Shown: positions 1 to 10,070 of the stretch, piece by piece
Layout of the letters: every line of letters starts with the position of its first letter
Numbering within the stretch: position 1 is the first letter of the stretch
Assembly (NCBI GenBank): GCA_965208325.1
Contig: OZ242326.1
Coordinates: 2,016,001 to 2,080,000, forward strand
Direction: 5' to 3'
Length of the DNA stretch: 64,000 bases
Source: Candidatus Poribacteria bacterium
Lineage (GTDB): Bacteria; Poribacteria; WGA-4E; PCPOR2b
Made by a program: the position numbers and the translations under genes
Notes under the pieces: model-generated
Database searches by the model: none
Told to the model about the DNA's origin: nothing
Seen by the model: only the letters and a program-made list of their open reading frames with translations

Positions 1-44
1 AAAACCGTTATAATCAGTACATTGCGGACTGTGAAAATTCAACG

Positions 45-2048
45 ATGCTCGCAACCCGCAAAGCACCGAAACGCCGAAACCGTGAAAATCTGCCTTCCCT
101 CAATGCAACTCCTCCAATTATGAGAACATCTCCTCAATCTCAATTCGCCGCCTCGACCGGTGTTACGCCGCGTGCGGTTGTCATCGGGCTGATCTTGGTT
201 GTCTTAAACGCCTACTGGCTGAATCATGTAATCTGGCGCGGGTTATTGCACACCTACATGTCACTGTTCGCCAATACGGTCTTCAGCCTATTTGTGGTTG
301 TGGTGCTATTCCACCTTCTTTTGAAACGAATCCTGCCCCGGTACGCGCTGCACAATACGGAGGTGCTCGTCATCTATGTCATGGTGCTTATGGTTTCGAC
401 TGTGGGCGGCAACACAAACATGGGCTATCTCGTCTATATCCTGGCGCACCCGTTTTGGTTTGCGGACGCGGAGAACGACTGGAACCAGTTGTTTGGCGGG
501 TACATCCCCCAATGGTTTAACGTCCGGGAAAGGTCAGTTTTAAAAGGTTTTTTTGAGGGGGATTCGATTTTCCTAACTGCCACTCACATTTACAACTGGA
601 TGGTGCCGTTTCTCGTTTGGTCGGCTTTTGTGTTTGTGCTCTACTTCGTGTTAATTTGCATAAACGCCGTTCTGCGAAGGCAGTTCTCGGAACATGAACG
701 GTTGAGTTATCCCATCCCCCGGCTGCCGCTGGAGATAGGGAAGAATCCTGAGGGGTTTTTTAAGAACAGGCTGATGTGGGTTGGATTCAGCGTGGCTGGC
801 GGGATCGAGATCCTCAACGGCGTAAGTTATCTGTATCCTTCCTTTCCGTATATTCCAATCAAGCCGTGGGACAATATCCACCTGTTCCCCGACGAGCCGT
901 GGGACGCGCTTGGGACGATGCTGCTGTCTTTCAATCCGTTCATCATCGGCCTCACCTTTTTCATGCCGCTGGACCTGTCATTCTCCGCACTGTTCTTTTT
1001 CGCTCTCGGGAAAGCGTTACTCTTGGGGCGACGCGTTTTGGGCTTGCACACCGGATTCTACCTTGATGAACAGGCGCAGGGGGCTTGGATCGGCTTGGGT
1101 ATTCTCGCCTTATGGGTGGGGCGAAGGCATTTGAAAGGCGTGTTCAAGCACGCGGTTGGAACGGCGAGAACTGCCGATGATACAGCCGAACCCATGCGGT
1201 ACAGGTGGGCAATTTACGGGATTGTTGCCGGGCTTATTTTTATCGCTCTATTTGCCTACCATGCGGGCATTTCGATCTGGGCGGCGATAATCTTTTTTGG
1301 CTGTTACTTCCTGATGGCTATCGGATTAACGAAGGTACGGGCAGGACTCGGTCCGCCGCTGCACGAAACCATCGGGAAAGACCCTGCGAGTACGATGGTC
1401 GCGGCGCTCGGCACACGCACGATTGGCGCGCGGAATTTAACGTTGCTCTCCTTTTTTTTCTGGATGAACCGCGTCAACACGGCGCACCCGATGCCCAACC
1501 AGCTCGAAGCCTTTCACATCGGACGCCAAGGCGGCATCAACAATCGAAAGCTGCTTTCGGCGATGCTCCTCGCGCTGGCGGTCGGCATTCCGTGGACGTT
1601 TCTCGTATATCTGGGCATGGCTTATGATATCGGCGGCGGTGCCGCGTTTCATACAGTCGGAATCGGTTGGCAGAACTTCAGGTTGTTGGAGAGCCGACTG
1701 AGCAACCCGACGGAGGTGGACAGCTTCGCAATGATTGCCATGGGCACGGGATTCGGTGTGACGACGCTGCTGTCTGCGTTGAAGCTAAGGTTCCTGTGGT
1801 GGCCTCTGCATCCCATTGGCTACGTAATAGGGACGGGCAATTGGGGCGACATGTCGTTCATCTGGCTTCCGGTACTTTTCACTTGGGTGGTCAAGTCCTT
1901 GCTGTTGACGCACGGCGGTTTGCGGGTATACCGGAGCGCAATACCGTTTTTTGCGGGACTCATTCTCGGTGATTTTGTTGTGGGCGGTATGTGGAGCCTT
2001 GCCGGTATTGCGTTCAACACGCCGACGTACGCTATCTGGACGCGGTAA
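45..2048 (+). CDS. Polytopic membrane protein, DUF6785/DUF6784-like (OPT-superfamily-like putative transporter); true start may be ATG at 120
   Basis: 667-aa ORF with many TM segments; motifs ERLSYPI, WWPLHPIGY and PFFAGLILGD typical of this family. Confidence 0.7.
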   Translation: MLATRKAPKRRNRENLPSLNATPPIMRTSPQSQFAASTGVTPRAVVIGLILVVLNAYWLNHVIWRGLLHTYMSLFANTVFSLFVVVVLFHLLLKRILPRYALHNTEVLVIYVMVLMVSTVGGNTNMGYLVYILAHPFWFADAENDWNQLFGGYIPQWFNVRERSVLKGFFEGDSIFLTATHIYNWMVPFLVWSAFVFVLYFVLICINAVLRRQFSEHERLSYPIPRLPLEIGKNPEGFFKNRLMWVGFSVAGGIEILNGVSYLYPSFPYIPIKPWDNIHLFPDEPWDALGTMLLSFNPFIIGLTFFMPLDLSFSALFFFALGKALLLGRRVLGLHTGFYLDEQAQGAWIGLGILALWVGRRHLKGVFKHAVGTARTADDTAEPMRYRWAIYGIVAGLIFIALFAYHAGISIWAAIIFFGCYFLMAIGLTKVRAGLGPPLHETIGKDPASTMVAALGTRTIGARNLTLLSFFFWMNRVNTAHPMPNQLEAFHIGRQGGINNRKLLSAMLLALAVGIPWTFLVYLGMAYDIGGGAAFHTVGIGWQNFRLLESRLSNPTEVDSFAMIAMGTGFGVTTLLSALKLRFLWWPLHPIGYVIGTGNWGDMSFIWLPVLFTWVVKSLLLTHGGLRVYRSAIPFFAGLILGDFVVGGMWSLAGIAFNTPTYAIWTR

Positions 2049-2242
2049 AGTAGGATTAATTCCCACAACTGAAGCGTCCAGAGCGCGCCAAAATCTTGTT
2101 GCGTTCATTTTGATGCTGTGATAGGATAGTGCAACGCCCGATTTGGGCAAGCTATCGATTTAGCAATCATCCGAGCGGTTAGCGAGAGCAATAGTGTTCA
2201 AGTCTTTACCTGATTTAGCAACTCATACCCCCCTTTGACTCT

Positions 2243-3304
2243 ATGAAGGAGAACGATATGCACTACACCCTTGAAATGCGCGGAAGGTACATACAGGGGC
2301 CGGGGGCAATTCATGAGATAGGACGGTTCACCGCGGGATTGGGGGATAAAGCCCTCCTCATGGGCGGGCCCACGGCGTTGTCACTAACTCAGGTTGCGAT
2401 ATCCGACAGTCTGAAAGAACATAATGTTGACACCGTTGTGAACCGGTTCCGAGGAACGCACGACGATGATGAGATTGAGCGGTTGGCGAAGATTGCGGAT
2501 GAATCCGGCGCCAACGTCGTCATCGGGATTGGCGGCGGCCAAGCGTTGGACACCTCAAAAGGCATATCCCACAGCAGAGGACTTCCGCTGGTCCAGGTAC
2601 CGACGGTCGCGTCGACAGATGCGCCTTGCGCGGGCGGTCCGCTTCTAGTCATCGCCGATACGGAGATAATCGTAAAGAGCCCTCCGCGATACACGGTTGC
2701 CGGAATGGGTGACGCACTCTCCACGCCGTTCGAGGCGGAGGCATGCATCAAATCGTCCGCGCCGAATTTCCGAGAGGGGCGCGCCACAGAATTAGCGTAC
2801 GCAGCGGCGAAATTGTGCTATGACATCGTTATGGAACACGGGATAGAGGCGAAGCGCTGTAACGAGGAGGGGCGCTTGTCCGAGGCGTTCGAAAAAATCG
2901 TTGAAGCAAACACGCTCTTGAGCGGGGTGGGATACGAAAACTGTGGACTATCTATCGCGCACGGGCTATGGAACGGTTTTAAGCGTGTCGACGGCTTCCG
3001 GGAGAGCGGCACACTACACGGCGAAGCGGTCGCTTGGTTCACGCTTGTCCAATTGGTTCTGGAAGGACGTTCTGACGAATTTATTAATGAGATGCTCGCC
3101 TTCTACAATGCCGTCGATCTTCCGGTCGCCCTGGACGATAGCCGGCTGGTGAACGCTAGCCGAGACATGATTGACGCCGGCGTGGAATTCACGATGGAGC
3201 CGGGCAGCTCAATATATTATACACCGCTATCGCTAGATGCAAATACGGTTCACGACGCAATCCGCCAAACGGACGCCATCGGGCGCGCTTCCAGAAACAG
3301 TTGA
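2243..3304 (+). CDS. gldA: Glycerol dehydrogenase-like metal-dependent alcohol dehydrogenase
   Basis: YIQGPG, GIGGG..LD, PTVASTDAPC, GMGDALST, AH and LHGE motifs; AGGAG precedes alternative ATG at 2258. Confidence 0.8.
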   Translation: MKENDMHYTLEMRGRYIQGPGAIHEIGRFTAGLGDKALLMGGPTALSLTQVAISDSLKEHNVDTVVNRFRGTHDDDEIERLAKIADESGANVVIGIGGGQALDTSKGISHSRGLPLVQVPTVASTDAPCAGGPLLVIADTEIIVKSPPRYTVAGMGDALSTPFEAEACIKSSAPNFREGRATELAYAAAKLCYDIVMEHGIEAKRCNEEGRLSEAFEKIVEANTLLSGVGYENCGLSIAHGLWNGFKRVDGFRESGTLHGEAVAWFTLVQLVLEGRSDEFINEMLAFYNAVDLPVALDDSRLVNASRDMIDAGVEFTMEPGSSIYYTPLSLDANTVHDAIRQTDAIGRASRNS

Positions 3305-3416
3305 CCGCGGCATTCACCGGAAACAACAGCCTGAAGCGGCGCCAAACAATTGGCGAAAATAAAACTAGAGGAAAGTCGATGGTTCATGCTTTCGAGCATT
3401 GTGCGGGGCAAGGAAG

Positions 3417-3695
3417 ATCTCTATCGCACTCCTTATTCAGTCGCTTGATCCCCGACGACAAGGCGCGGCGGCATACCCGGGGCAAGGGGGATCTCTATCG
3501 CGCGGGATTTACTATCGCCTTCGCTATTCGCTCAGTTGATTCTATTCAGTCGCTTGATTCCACCAAATACATTACACCAGCATTGAGCGGGGCAAGATGC
3601 CCCGCCTACAAGGCGCGGTGGTACACACGGGGCAAGATGCACCACCTACGGAAGGTAGCGGGATACTATACACCTGCCGCCCCTCTGGGGCTGTA
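3417..3695. repeat. Composite dispersed repeat (partial tandem duplication, GTAG-footed REP hairpin, cctgccgcccctctggggct module)
   Basis: 3492-3695 aligns with 25244-25408; hairpin gcggggcaagatgccccgcctac at 3587-3609. Confidence 0.8.
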
Positions 3696-3724
3696 TAAAA
3701 TGAACGCGCTATACTAGTGAAAGG

Positions 3725-4714
3725 GTGAATATGATTCTTGAAATACTGGCAGCAGCGATTGCGTTGGCGTTAATCTCGACATCTGTGAGTCACGCGGCTT
3801 CTATTATTGTCGCCGCTTCAAACTCTTCGCCTGAATCAAAAGAGCGCGCAGACTTCATCTGTGACGGCACGAACGACCAGGTTAAGCTGCTAGAGTCCAT
3901 AACCCGTGCGAGCCGCGTCACAACTAAAGTTGACACTGCACCTGCGGTTCAAAAGAGCGTGGAGTGTTATGGCAGGCATTCGGTTGAATGGGTACCCGGT
4001 GACTACTATTTGGGAGAGACGCTGACTATCCCCGACGCCGCGGATGTTGCCATTCATGCGGAGGGAACATACTTTCATTACATACCCAAGGAAGGCGATG
4101 CGGTCGTCGTCACCGGGATGAATCGGTGCCGATACTACTTTGGGACAATCGAATCCAATTCCAGCGGGGCAGCAATCCTAGTGAAACCCACCGCAGAGAT
4201 GCCGGCGCTCATGAGTTTTCTGAATTTTACCGGCTTGCTTGGAAGCGACCAGCGCGGAACAGGGCTATACCTCGATTCTACCCAGTCGGGCGTCTGCTGC
4301 AACCGGTTTGAAGGCACCGACATTATGGGCTTCGATACCGGCGTGTTCGTCAGCGACGCTATCGCAAAATGTGATACGAATTGGTTCTGGTTTAGCTACA
4401 TCCGGATGTGCAACACCGGTATCCAAGAACTCGGAAAGGGCGTCGATGACAATGTCTGGAACGTAAATGTCGACGCTAGCATTCCCGATTCCCTCTCGCT
4501 CCGCACCGCGGCGACGCACGGGAAATGGTACGTTATCATGGGCACATGGACTTTTGAAGGCGTCAACAATGCGGTAATCCTCGATCCGGGTGCAAGCCAA
4601 AACGTAATCGAAGTCCATCCGCCGTTGGAAGATTTCGCATGGGAGGATAACAGCGGCAATAACACAAACATCATTCTTACCGCGAAGCGGTATCTCAATG
4701 CCCAATGTTGTTAG
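3725..4714 (+). CDS. Secreted hypothetical protein, probable pectin-lyase-like beta-helix
   Basis: Signal peptide; ADFICDGTNDQ and PGDYYLGETLTIP N-terminal motifs; Asn/Gly-rich beta repeats; similar to 34015-35244. Confidence 0.6.
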   Translation: MNMILEILAAAIALALISTSVSHAASIIVAASNSSPESKERADFICDGTNDQVKLLESITRASRVTTKVDTAPAVQKSVECYGRHSVEWVPGDYYLGETLTIPDAADVAIHAEGTYFHYIPKEGDAVVVTGMNRCRYYFGTIESNSSGAAILVKPTAEMPALMSFLNFTGLLGSDQRGTGLYLDSTQSGVCCNRFEGTDIMGFDTGVFVSDAIAKCDTNWFWFSYIRMCNTGIQELGKGVDDNVWNVNVDASIPDSLSLRTAATHGKWYVIMGTWTFEGVNNAVILDPGASQNVIEVHPPLEDFAWEDNSGNNTNIILTAKRYLNAQCC

Positions 4715-4768
4715 CGCGCACCATCTTTAAGGAATAAGCCTTAAAACTATGAAAGGGAGGGACAAATA

Positions 4769-5566
4769 TTGAAAACGTTAGTTTCGACTTTATTAATGAC
4801 GGTTCTAGCTACGGCGTTTTATGTTACAGAAGCCGATGCAGCCCTCGACGAAGACATTGTACTCGCCATGCCGTTTGATGAAGGCAAAGGCGAAACCACG
4901 AAAGATCTCTCTGCACACGCTAACCACGGCACCCTCATGCAGAACGCGGGATGGGCAAAGGGTAAATTTGGCAACGGCATAATCGTTGAACCGGTTGGCT
5001 ATGTAGATGCCGGAAACGATCCGAGTCTGAGTCTGTTCAAAACAGATTTCACGCTTGCCGCATGGGTCCACATGAAAGACACCGTCGTCCACCAACACGG
5101 GTTCATGGGTCACGATGAAGGCGGCGGAACAACGAACAAATGGATTTTTCGATACAATAAAGGCGGCAGCCAGAGCATCAATTTTCATATCAATAGAGCC
5201 GACGGTGCAGGAGTTAATCAACTTGAACCCGGTGTTTGGAAAACAAAACCCAATACATGGTATCAGGCGGCTGTGGTTCGATCCGGGAACAAGTACACGT
5301 TTTACACCGACGGCAAAAGAGATGGGCAGATGGAGAGTGATGTGGCCGTCCCAAATTTCATCGACGCCCCAGTCACGATCGGTTGGGCAGAAGGCCCCAT
5401 TGCGCTGGACGGCCGTATCGACGAAGCCCTAATCGCTAAGCGAGCCTTCACCGCCGATGAAATTAAATCGCACTTCCAGGGCGGCGTCAAACAGGTGTTG
5501 GCGGTGCAGCCCGTAGGCAAAGCCGCTACCATCTGGGGCGCCATCAAAACGCGGACATTGCGATAG
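4769..5566 (+). CDS. Secreted LamG/concanavalin-A-like domain protein (paralog 1)
   Basis: Signal peptide; FDEGKG..D.S...NHG, GKFG, FTLAAW, G.IDE motifs; C-terminal AVQPVGKAATIWGAIK; GGAGG RBS. Confidence 0.85.
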   Translation: MKTLVSTLLMTVLATAFYVTEADAALDEDIVLAMPFDEGKGETTKDLSAHANHGTLMQNAGWAKGKFGNGIIVEPVGYVDAGNDPSLSLFKTDFTLAAWVHMKDTVVHQHGFMGHDEGGGTTNKWIFRYNKGGSQSINFHINRADGAGVNQLEPGVWKTKPNTWYQAAVVRSGNKYTFYTDGKRDGQMESDVAVPNFIDAPVTIGWAEGPIALDGRIDEALIAKRAFTADEIKSHFQGGVKQVLAVQPVGKAATIWGAIKTRTLR

Positions 5567-5602
5567 GTTTCCGACATTAGCCTTATGCGGGAAGGACAGC
5601 CT

Positions 5603-6400
5603 ATGAAGGCGTTGGTTTCGGCGACTCTGATTACCGCATGGTGCGCCGCCTTCTACGGTGGATATGCTCAAGCAGCCGGCATCGGCGACATCGTGCTTGC
5701 CATGCCGTTTGATGAAGGCGAAGGCGAGGTCACGATGGACATCTCCCCTCACCGGAACCACGGCACGCTCATGGAAAATGCGGGTTGGGGCATTGGCAAA
5801 TTTGGCAACGCCCTACAGGTCGAACCGGTCGGTTATGTGGATGCCGGCACTGATCCAAGTCTGAGTCTGTTTGACACAGACTTCACGCTTGCCGTTTGGG
5901 TCAACATGAAGGAAACTGTCGCCCACCAACACGGGTTCATGGCTCAGGATGAAGGCGGCGGGCCGGCGAATAACAAATGGATGCTGCGATACAATAAAGG
6001 CGGGGTTCGGAGCGTCAACTTCCATATCCATAGAGCCGACGGCGGTTCTATGCAGCTTGAACCCGGTTTTTGGCGAGCTAATCCCGATACATGGTATCAG
6101 GTCGCCGTCGTTAGAGCTGGAAACGAATACACGTTTTACACCGACGGCAAACGCGATCTGGAGCTAGAGAGCGACCTTGCTGTTGCAAAATTCATTGACG
6201 CGCCGGTAACAGTCGGCTGGGCAGAGGGCCCTATTGCGACGGACGGACTTATTGACGAGGCATTGATTGTGAAGCGGGCTTTTACCCCCGATGAAATAAA
6301 AACGCATTTTGAAGGGGGAGTTCACGACGTGTTGGCAGTTCAGCCACAAGGCAAATCTGCTGCAGTCTGGGGCGCCATTAAGGCGCAAATATTACGTTGA
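5603..6400 (+). CDS. Secreted LamG domain protein (paralog 2)
   Basis: Highly similar to neighbours; start placed at MKALV after GGAAGGA; tail AVQPQGKSAAVWGAIK. Confidence 0.85.
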   Translation: MKALVSATLITAWCAAFYGGYAQAAGIGDIVLAMPFDEGEGEVTMDISPHRNHGTLMENAGWGIGKFGNALQVEPVGYVDAGTDPSLSLFDTDFTLAVWVNMKETVAHQHGFMAQDEGGGPANNKWMLRYNKGGVRSVNFHIHRADGGSMQLEPGFWRANPDTWYQVAVVRAGNEYTFYTDGKRDLELESDLAVAKFIDAPVTVGWAEGPIATDGLIDEALIVKRAFTPDEIKTHFEGGVHDVLAVQPQGKSAAVWGAIKAQILR

Positions 6401-6436
6401 GATTTCCCACCAAAATCCCATGAAGGAGGAATTCCA

Positions 6437-7237
6437 ATGAAAACCCTAATTTCGATTTTTATGATTGCCGCTATAGCCGTCTTTTTTTGTGCCGGCGAGA
6501 CAGCAGCGGCCGGCAGCGATGAAGACATTGTGCTCGCCATGCCTTTTGACGAAGGTGAAGGCAATTCCACCATGGACATTTCTCCCCACGGCAACCACGG
6601 TACGCTTATGGAAAACGCGAGTTGGGGAGCAGGTAAATTTGGTAACGCCGTACAGTTTGAACCGGTCGGTTATGTGGATGCCGGAAATGATGAAAGTTTG
6701 AGTCTATCTGGCACAGACTTCACGCTTGCAGTGTGGGTCAACATGACAGATACCGTCGGCCACCAACACGGGTTCATGGCTCAGGATGAAGGCGGCGGGC
6801 CGCGTAACAAATGGATTTTACGGTACAATAGGGGCGCCAGCCAAAGTGTTAACTTCCATATCAATACAGCCGACGGCGGGTCTATGCAGCTTGAACCGGG
6901 CCTTTGGGATGTGCAGCCAAACACATGGCATCAGGTCGCCGTCGTTAGAGCGGGAAACGCATACACGTTTTTCACCGATGGCGAGCAGAGCGCGCAGTTA
7001 GAGAACGACCTCCCCGTTCCGCCTGTTATCGACGCACCGGTCACTGTCGGTTGGGCGGAAGGTCCCATTGCTATGAGCGGCCTTATTGACGAAGCCCTAA
7101 TCGCGAGGCGCGCCTTCACGTCCGATGAAATCAAGATGCACTACGACGGCGGAGTGCAACAACTACTCGTCGCAGTTCAGCCCACAGGCAAATCTGCTGC
7201 CGTTTGGGGAAACATCAAGGCGAAAGCATCGCGCTGA
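6437..7237 (+). CDS. Secreted LamG domain protein (paralog 3)
   Basis: Highly similar to neighbours; AGGAGG RBS; tail AVQPTGKSAAVWGNIK. Confidence 0.85.
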   Translation: MKTLISIFMIAAIAVFFCAGETAAAGSDEDIVLAMPFDEGEGNSTMDISPHGNHGTLMENASWGAGKFGNAVQFEPVGYVDAGNDESLSLSGTDFTLAVWVNMTDTVGHQHGFMAQDEGGGPRNKWILRYNRGASQSVNFHINTADGGSMQLEPGLWDVQPNTWHQVAVVRAGNAYTFFTDGEQSAQLENDLPVPPVIDAPVTVGWAEGPIAMSGLIDEALIARRAFTSDEIKMHYDGGVQQLLVAVQPTGKSAAVWGNIKAKASR

Positions 7238-7319
7238 AAATCCCAACGGTAATCTTATAGGGGAGTTCTTGTAGGATCAACCGAGTGAATAACGAGGGCG
7301 ATAGTCTTCTCCCCGCATC

Positions 7320-7860
7320 AAATCCTCATCCTTGATAAGCTTTCTATTACCCACAAGTGTCTGGAGGTAGACGCCGTCTATGTTGCGGCTAAGAACGATT
7401 GTTCATTTCGGTATGGTGTAAACTGTGGGAGGGACATCCCTGTCCCGATGAGCAGGGCTAGGCAGCCCTTCCCACAGGCGCTTCACAGCATGGTAACGTC
7501 AAGAATGAGAGGAAAAAACCGTACCCTATCCGACTTTGCGGACTTGTGCGTAATAGTAAGCTTTATAAAGGGGATCGAGAGGGGGTTGCGTGCTTTCAGC
7601 CCGCGTTTTATCTGAATTCTAATCTGAATTTGCAATTTAGCTCTTGTAGGTTGGGTTGAGCGGTGTTAACGCACCAACGCATGTATGCCGCGAATGTTAC
7701 TTGTTCTGGTTGCGTTCAAAATTTGAACTGATGAAGTGTAACTCAACGTTTTTTGTTAAATGCGAAATGTATCGTTGACCGGTAGTTGCAGAAAACTATC
7801 GGCTTCGCTATCCGTTCAGTTGATTTTCGAAAATCGGGAGAAGGATCTCCCTCCCACAGC
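7320..7860. repeat. Intergenic cluster of REP-like palindromes
   Basis: GTGG-footed hairpins at 7425-7448, 7453-7475 and 7834-7857; gtaggttgggttgagcg at 7646; imperfect inverted pair aagctttctattac / gtaatagtaagctt (7337-7563). Confidence 0.65.
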
Positions 7861-7946
7861 GTTGCGGCACGCGGCATTTTAACCTGTGGGAAATAGTAAG
7901 CTGATAGGAACTGATTGCGCAATTGCGCGTATACCACGCATTGCAA

Positions 7947-8765
7947 ATGTTAACCCAAAGACAACGACAACACTTTGATTCCTTCGGATTCGTGCTGTTG
8001 CGCCAGTTGTTTGACGCCGGCGAAATGGACACTCTGCGCCGGGAGTTTGAAATCGGGCTTGAGAGTAAGTATCGCCATGCCCCCTTCGACGGCACCCGGA
8101 TGCACCACACGTACCTGATGGAATCGAACACGCCGTTCTTTGCGTCTCTGCTCGAAGACGAGCGATTCGCCTCAGTTGCCGAGTCGCTCGGCGGATCGGA
8201 CATCCTCGGCATCAACGCGACCGGCAACCGCCACGTCGGCAATACGCCTTGGCACGCGGATACCGACAGCTACCATCAATACGGCGTAAAGTTCGTATTC
8301 TATTTCGATCCCCTCACCGCCGCGAACGGAGCGCTCCGCGTTGTCCCCGGATCGCATCGCCGCCCATACTTCGAACAGATGCGCGAGTTTACAAGCATTC
8401 ACCAAATTCCGGACGGTTCTACTATAGATGAGGTTCCCGCTTTCGGCATCGAGTCTGAGCCGGGCGATGTGATTGTCTTCGACCATCGCCTTTCGCATGC
8501 GAGCCGCGGCGGGCGGGACGACCGGCGGCTCGGCGCTGTTGTGTATTACCACAACCCCGCAACTCCTGAAGAAGAGAAAGCGCTCCGTTGGGCGTTCCAC
8601 AAACGAAAAAAATCCGATCTCGAAAAATTTGGCTTGTCCGTCGGTCCATGGTACGATGCGGACTGGTGGTCGGCTCCGAACCCCAGCCCGAGACGGTTGC
8701 GATGGCGCCAACGCCTTGAATCCCTCGACTTCTTCTCCCCGCTTAACGACCAAGTCACTGAATAG
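7947..8765 (+). CDS. Phytanoyl-CoA dioxygenase (PhyH) family Fe(II)/2-oxoglutarate dioxygenase
   Basis: LT..Q..HF...GF start; WHAD (HxD), NGALRVVPGSH, PGDVIVFDHRLSH, RR motifs. Confidence 0.85.
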   Translation: MLTQRQRQHFDSFGFVLLRQLFDAGEMDTLRREFEIGLESKYRHAPFDGTRMHHTYLMESNTPFFASLLEDERFASVAESLGGSDILGINATGNRHVGNTPWHADTDSYHQYGVKFVFYFDPLTAANGALRVVPGSHRRPYFEQMREFTSIHQIPDGSTIDEVPAFGIESEPGDVIVFDHRLSHASRGGRDDRRLGAVVYYHNPATPEEEKALRWAFHKRKKSDLEKFGLSVGPWYDADWWSAPNPSPRRLRWRQRLESLDFFSPLNDQVTE

Positions 8766-8856
8766 ATCCGTATCGGTTGGTTTGTGCGGGCTTGCGAAAC
8801 CCAACGACCAGACCCGCCATTGGACATACGGTGCCGAACGAAAGGAGAATTTCAAA

Positions 8857-9648
8857 ATGAAGCTAATTAAACTGTGTGTTATTTGTATTCCGTTTCTGTT
8901 ATCTGCAGCCGGATGCGCAAAGCCAAAGTCGTCCGACTACCCCATAATCAGTCCGGATAAGGTTGTCGCCATGTGGCTTTTTGACGAAGACCACAAAGAA
9001 ATCGCCTATGATTCGTCCGGCAATGGACACGATGGGGCACTGATGGCGCTCACCACGCGAGTCCCCGGCAAGTTTGGCACAGCTTTGCAATTTGGCGGTG
9101 CGGGCGATGCCGTCGTCGTCCCCGATTTTGGTGAGTCTGTTCCCGCTAGCGAAGTGACCGTGGCGGCGTGGATCAAACTTGAAGAGATTAAGAATCACGA
9201 CCTTTTCAGTTTGGTTCCCATTAGCCGAGTTGGTCATTGGAGACCCGACATCCTCGATCGATTTACGGTGCATTTTCCGTGGAACAGACCCTATCCGAAC
9301 ATGATTCACTGGCAATTTGGCGGGGAACAGATTTGGATGCATCGTCCCTCGGAAACGCTAGGCAGGTGGGAACATTGGGCATTTGTATGCAGTGCCAGCC
9401 AAAAATTCATGAAAATCTACAGAAATGGGTCCGAGGTGGCGTGGTATAAGAGCGCGGGCCAATATTCTCCCCGTATTGCGGATTTGCACATCGGCGGGCG
9501 GCCTAGAGACTTATTGGGCGGCACTCCCGGAGGCACCTTTGGCGGCATTATCGACGAGTTCGCCGTTTTCAACGTTGCGCTAAATGAGCGCGAAATCGTA
9601 TCGCTGATGGGCGGGATTCAGAATGCCGTCACCCCAATGGAGCCATAA
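8857..9648 (+). CDS. LamG domain lipoprotein
   Basis: AAGGAG RBS before ATG 8857; lipobox-like LSAAGC; WLFDE..DSSGNGHDG, GKFGTALQF and GIIDE motifs. Confidence 0.8.
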   Translation: MKLIKLCVICIPFLLSAAGCAKPKSSDYPIISPDKVVAMWLFDEDHKEIAYDSSGNGHDGALMALTTRVPGKFGTALQFGGAGDAVVVPDFGESVPASEVTVAAWIKLEEIKNHDLFSLVPISRVGHWRPDILDRFTVHFPWNRPYPNMIHWQFGGEQIWMHRPSETLGRWEHWAFVCSASQKFMKIYRNGSEVAWYKSAGQYSPRIADLHIGGRPRDLLGGTPGGTFGGIIDEFAVFNVALNEREIVSLMGGIQNAVTPMEP

Positions 9649-9683
9649 GGTTTTAATCAACACAATTTAGAATATACTAACTA

Positions 9684-10070
9684 TTAAATTGAGTTGCGAC
9701 TGCCATCGGCACTGTCAACTCCGGCCACACGCGCCTCCCCGCAGATGTCAACTAGCCCCGAAGCGGGACCCACGCTGACTAATTGGCGGCGATCTTCCGC
9801 TCGTACGTAACGCACAGAAATGCGTTTTGCAAACTGATACGGCGCAAGTTCAATCGTAATCGGCATGACCGCTTTGCCGCTATCGAAGGCACTTATCCAG
9901 CGCCGAAGCTCTCGCGTCGCTTTGTAGCGGTCTTTCCCAATCACAATTAGGCCCGCCACTGAAATTTCGTACGCTTGTCCGTCTTTCAATACCACAGCGA
10001 TGGCACAGCTGCGCATGTCTGCAATGCGCCCGCGGTCAATGTCCTCCTGAGTAATCTCTATCGTCCACAT
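9684..10070 (-). CDS. Hypothetical protein
   Basis: GGAGGG RBS before MWTIEIT; upstream TGGACA-18-TATAAT-like promoter on the minus strand (~10123-10152). Confidence 0.6.
   Translation of the reverse strand: MWTIEITQEDIDRGRIADMRSCAIAVVLKDGQAYEISVAGLIVIGKDRYKATRELRRWISAFDSGKAVMPITIELAPYQFAKRISVRYVRAEDRRQLVSVGPASGLVDICGEARVAGVDSADGSRNSI

Noticed and set aside
3301..3717. 138-aa ORF after gldA
   Set aside because: Runs entirely through a composite repeat also present at 25244-25408.
8473..8856. N-terminal extension of the LamG ORF
   Set aside because: Overlaps the PhyH gene; RBS and signal peptide support the ATG at 8857.
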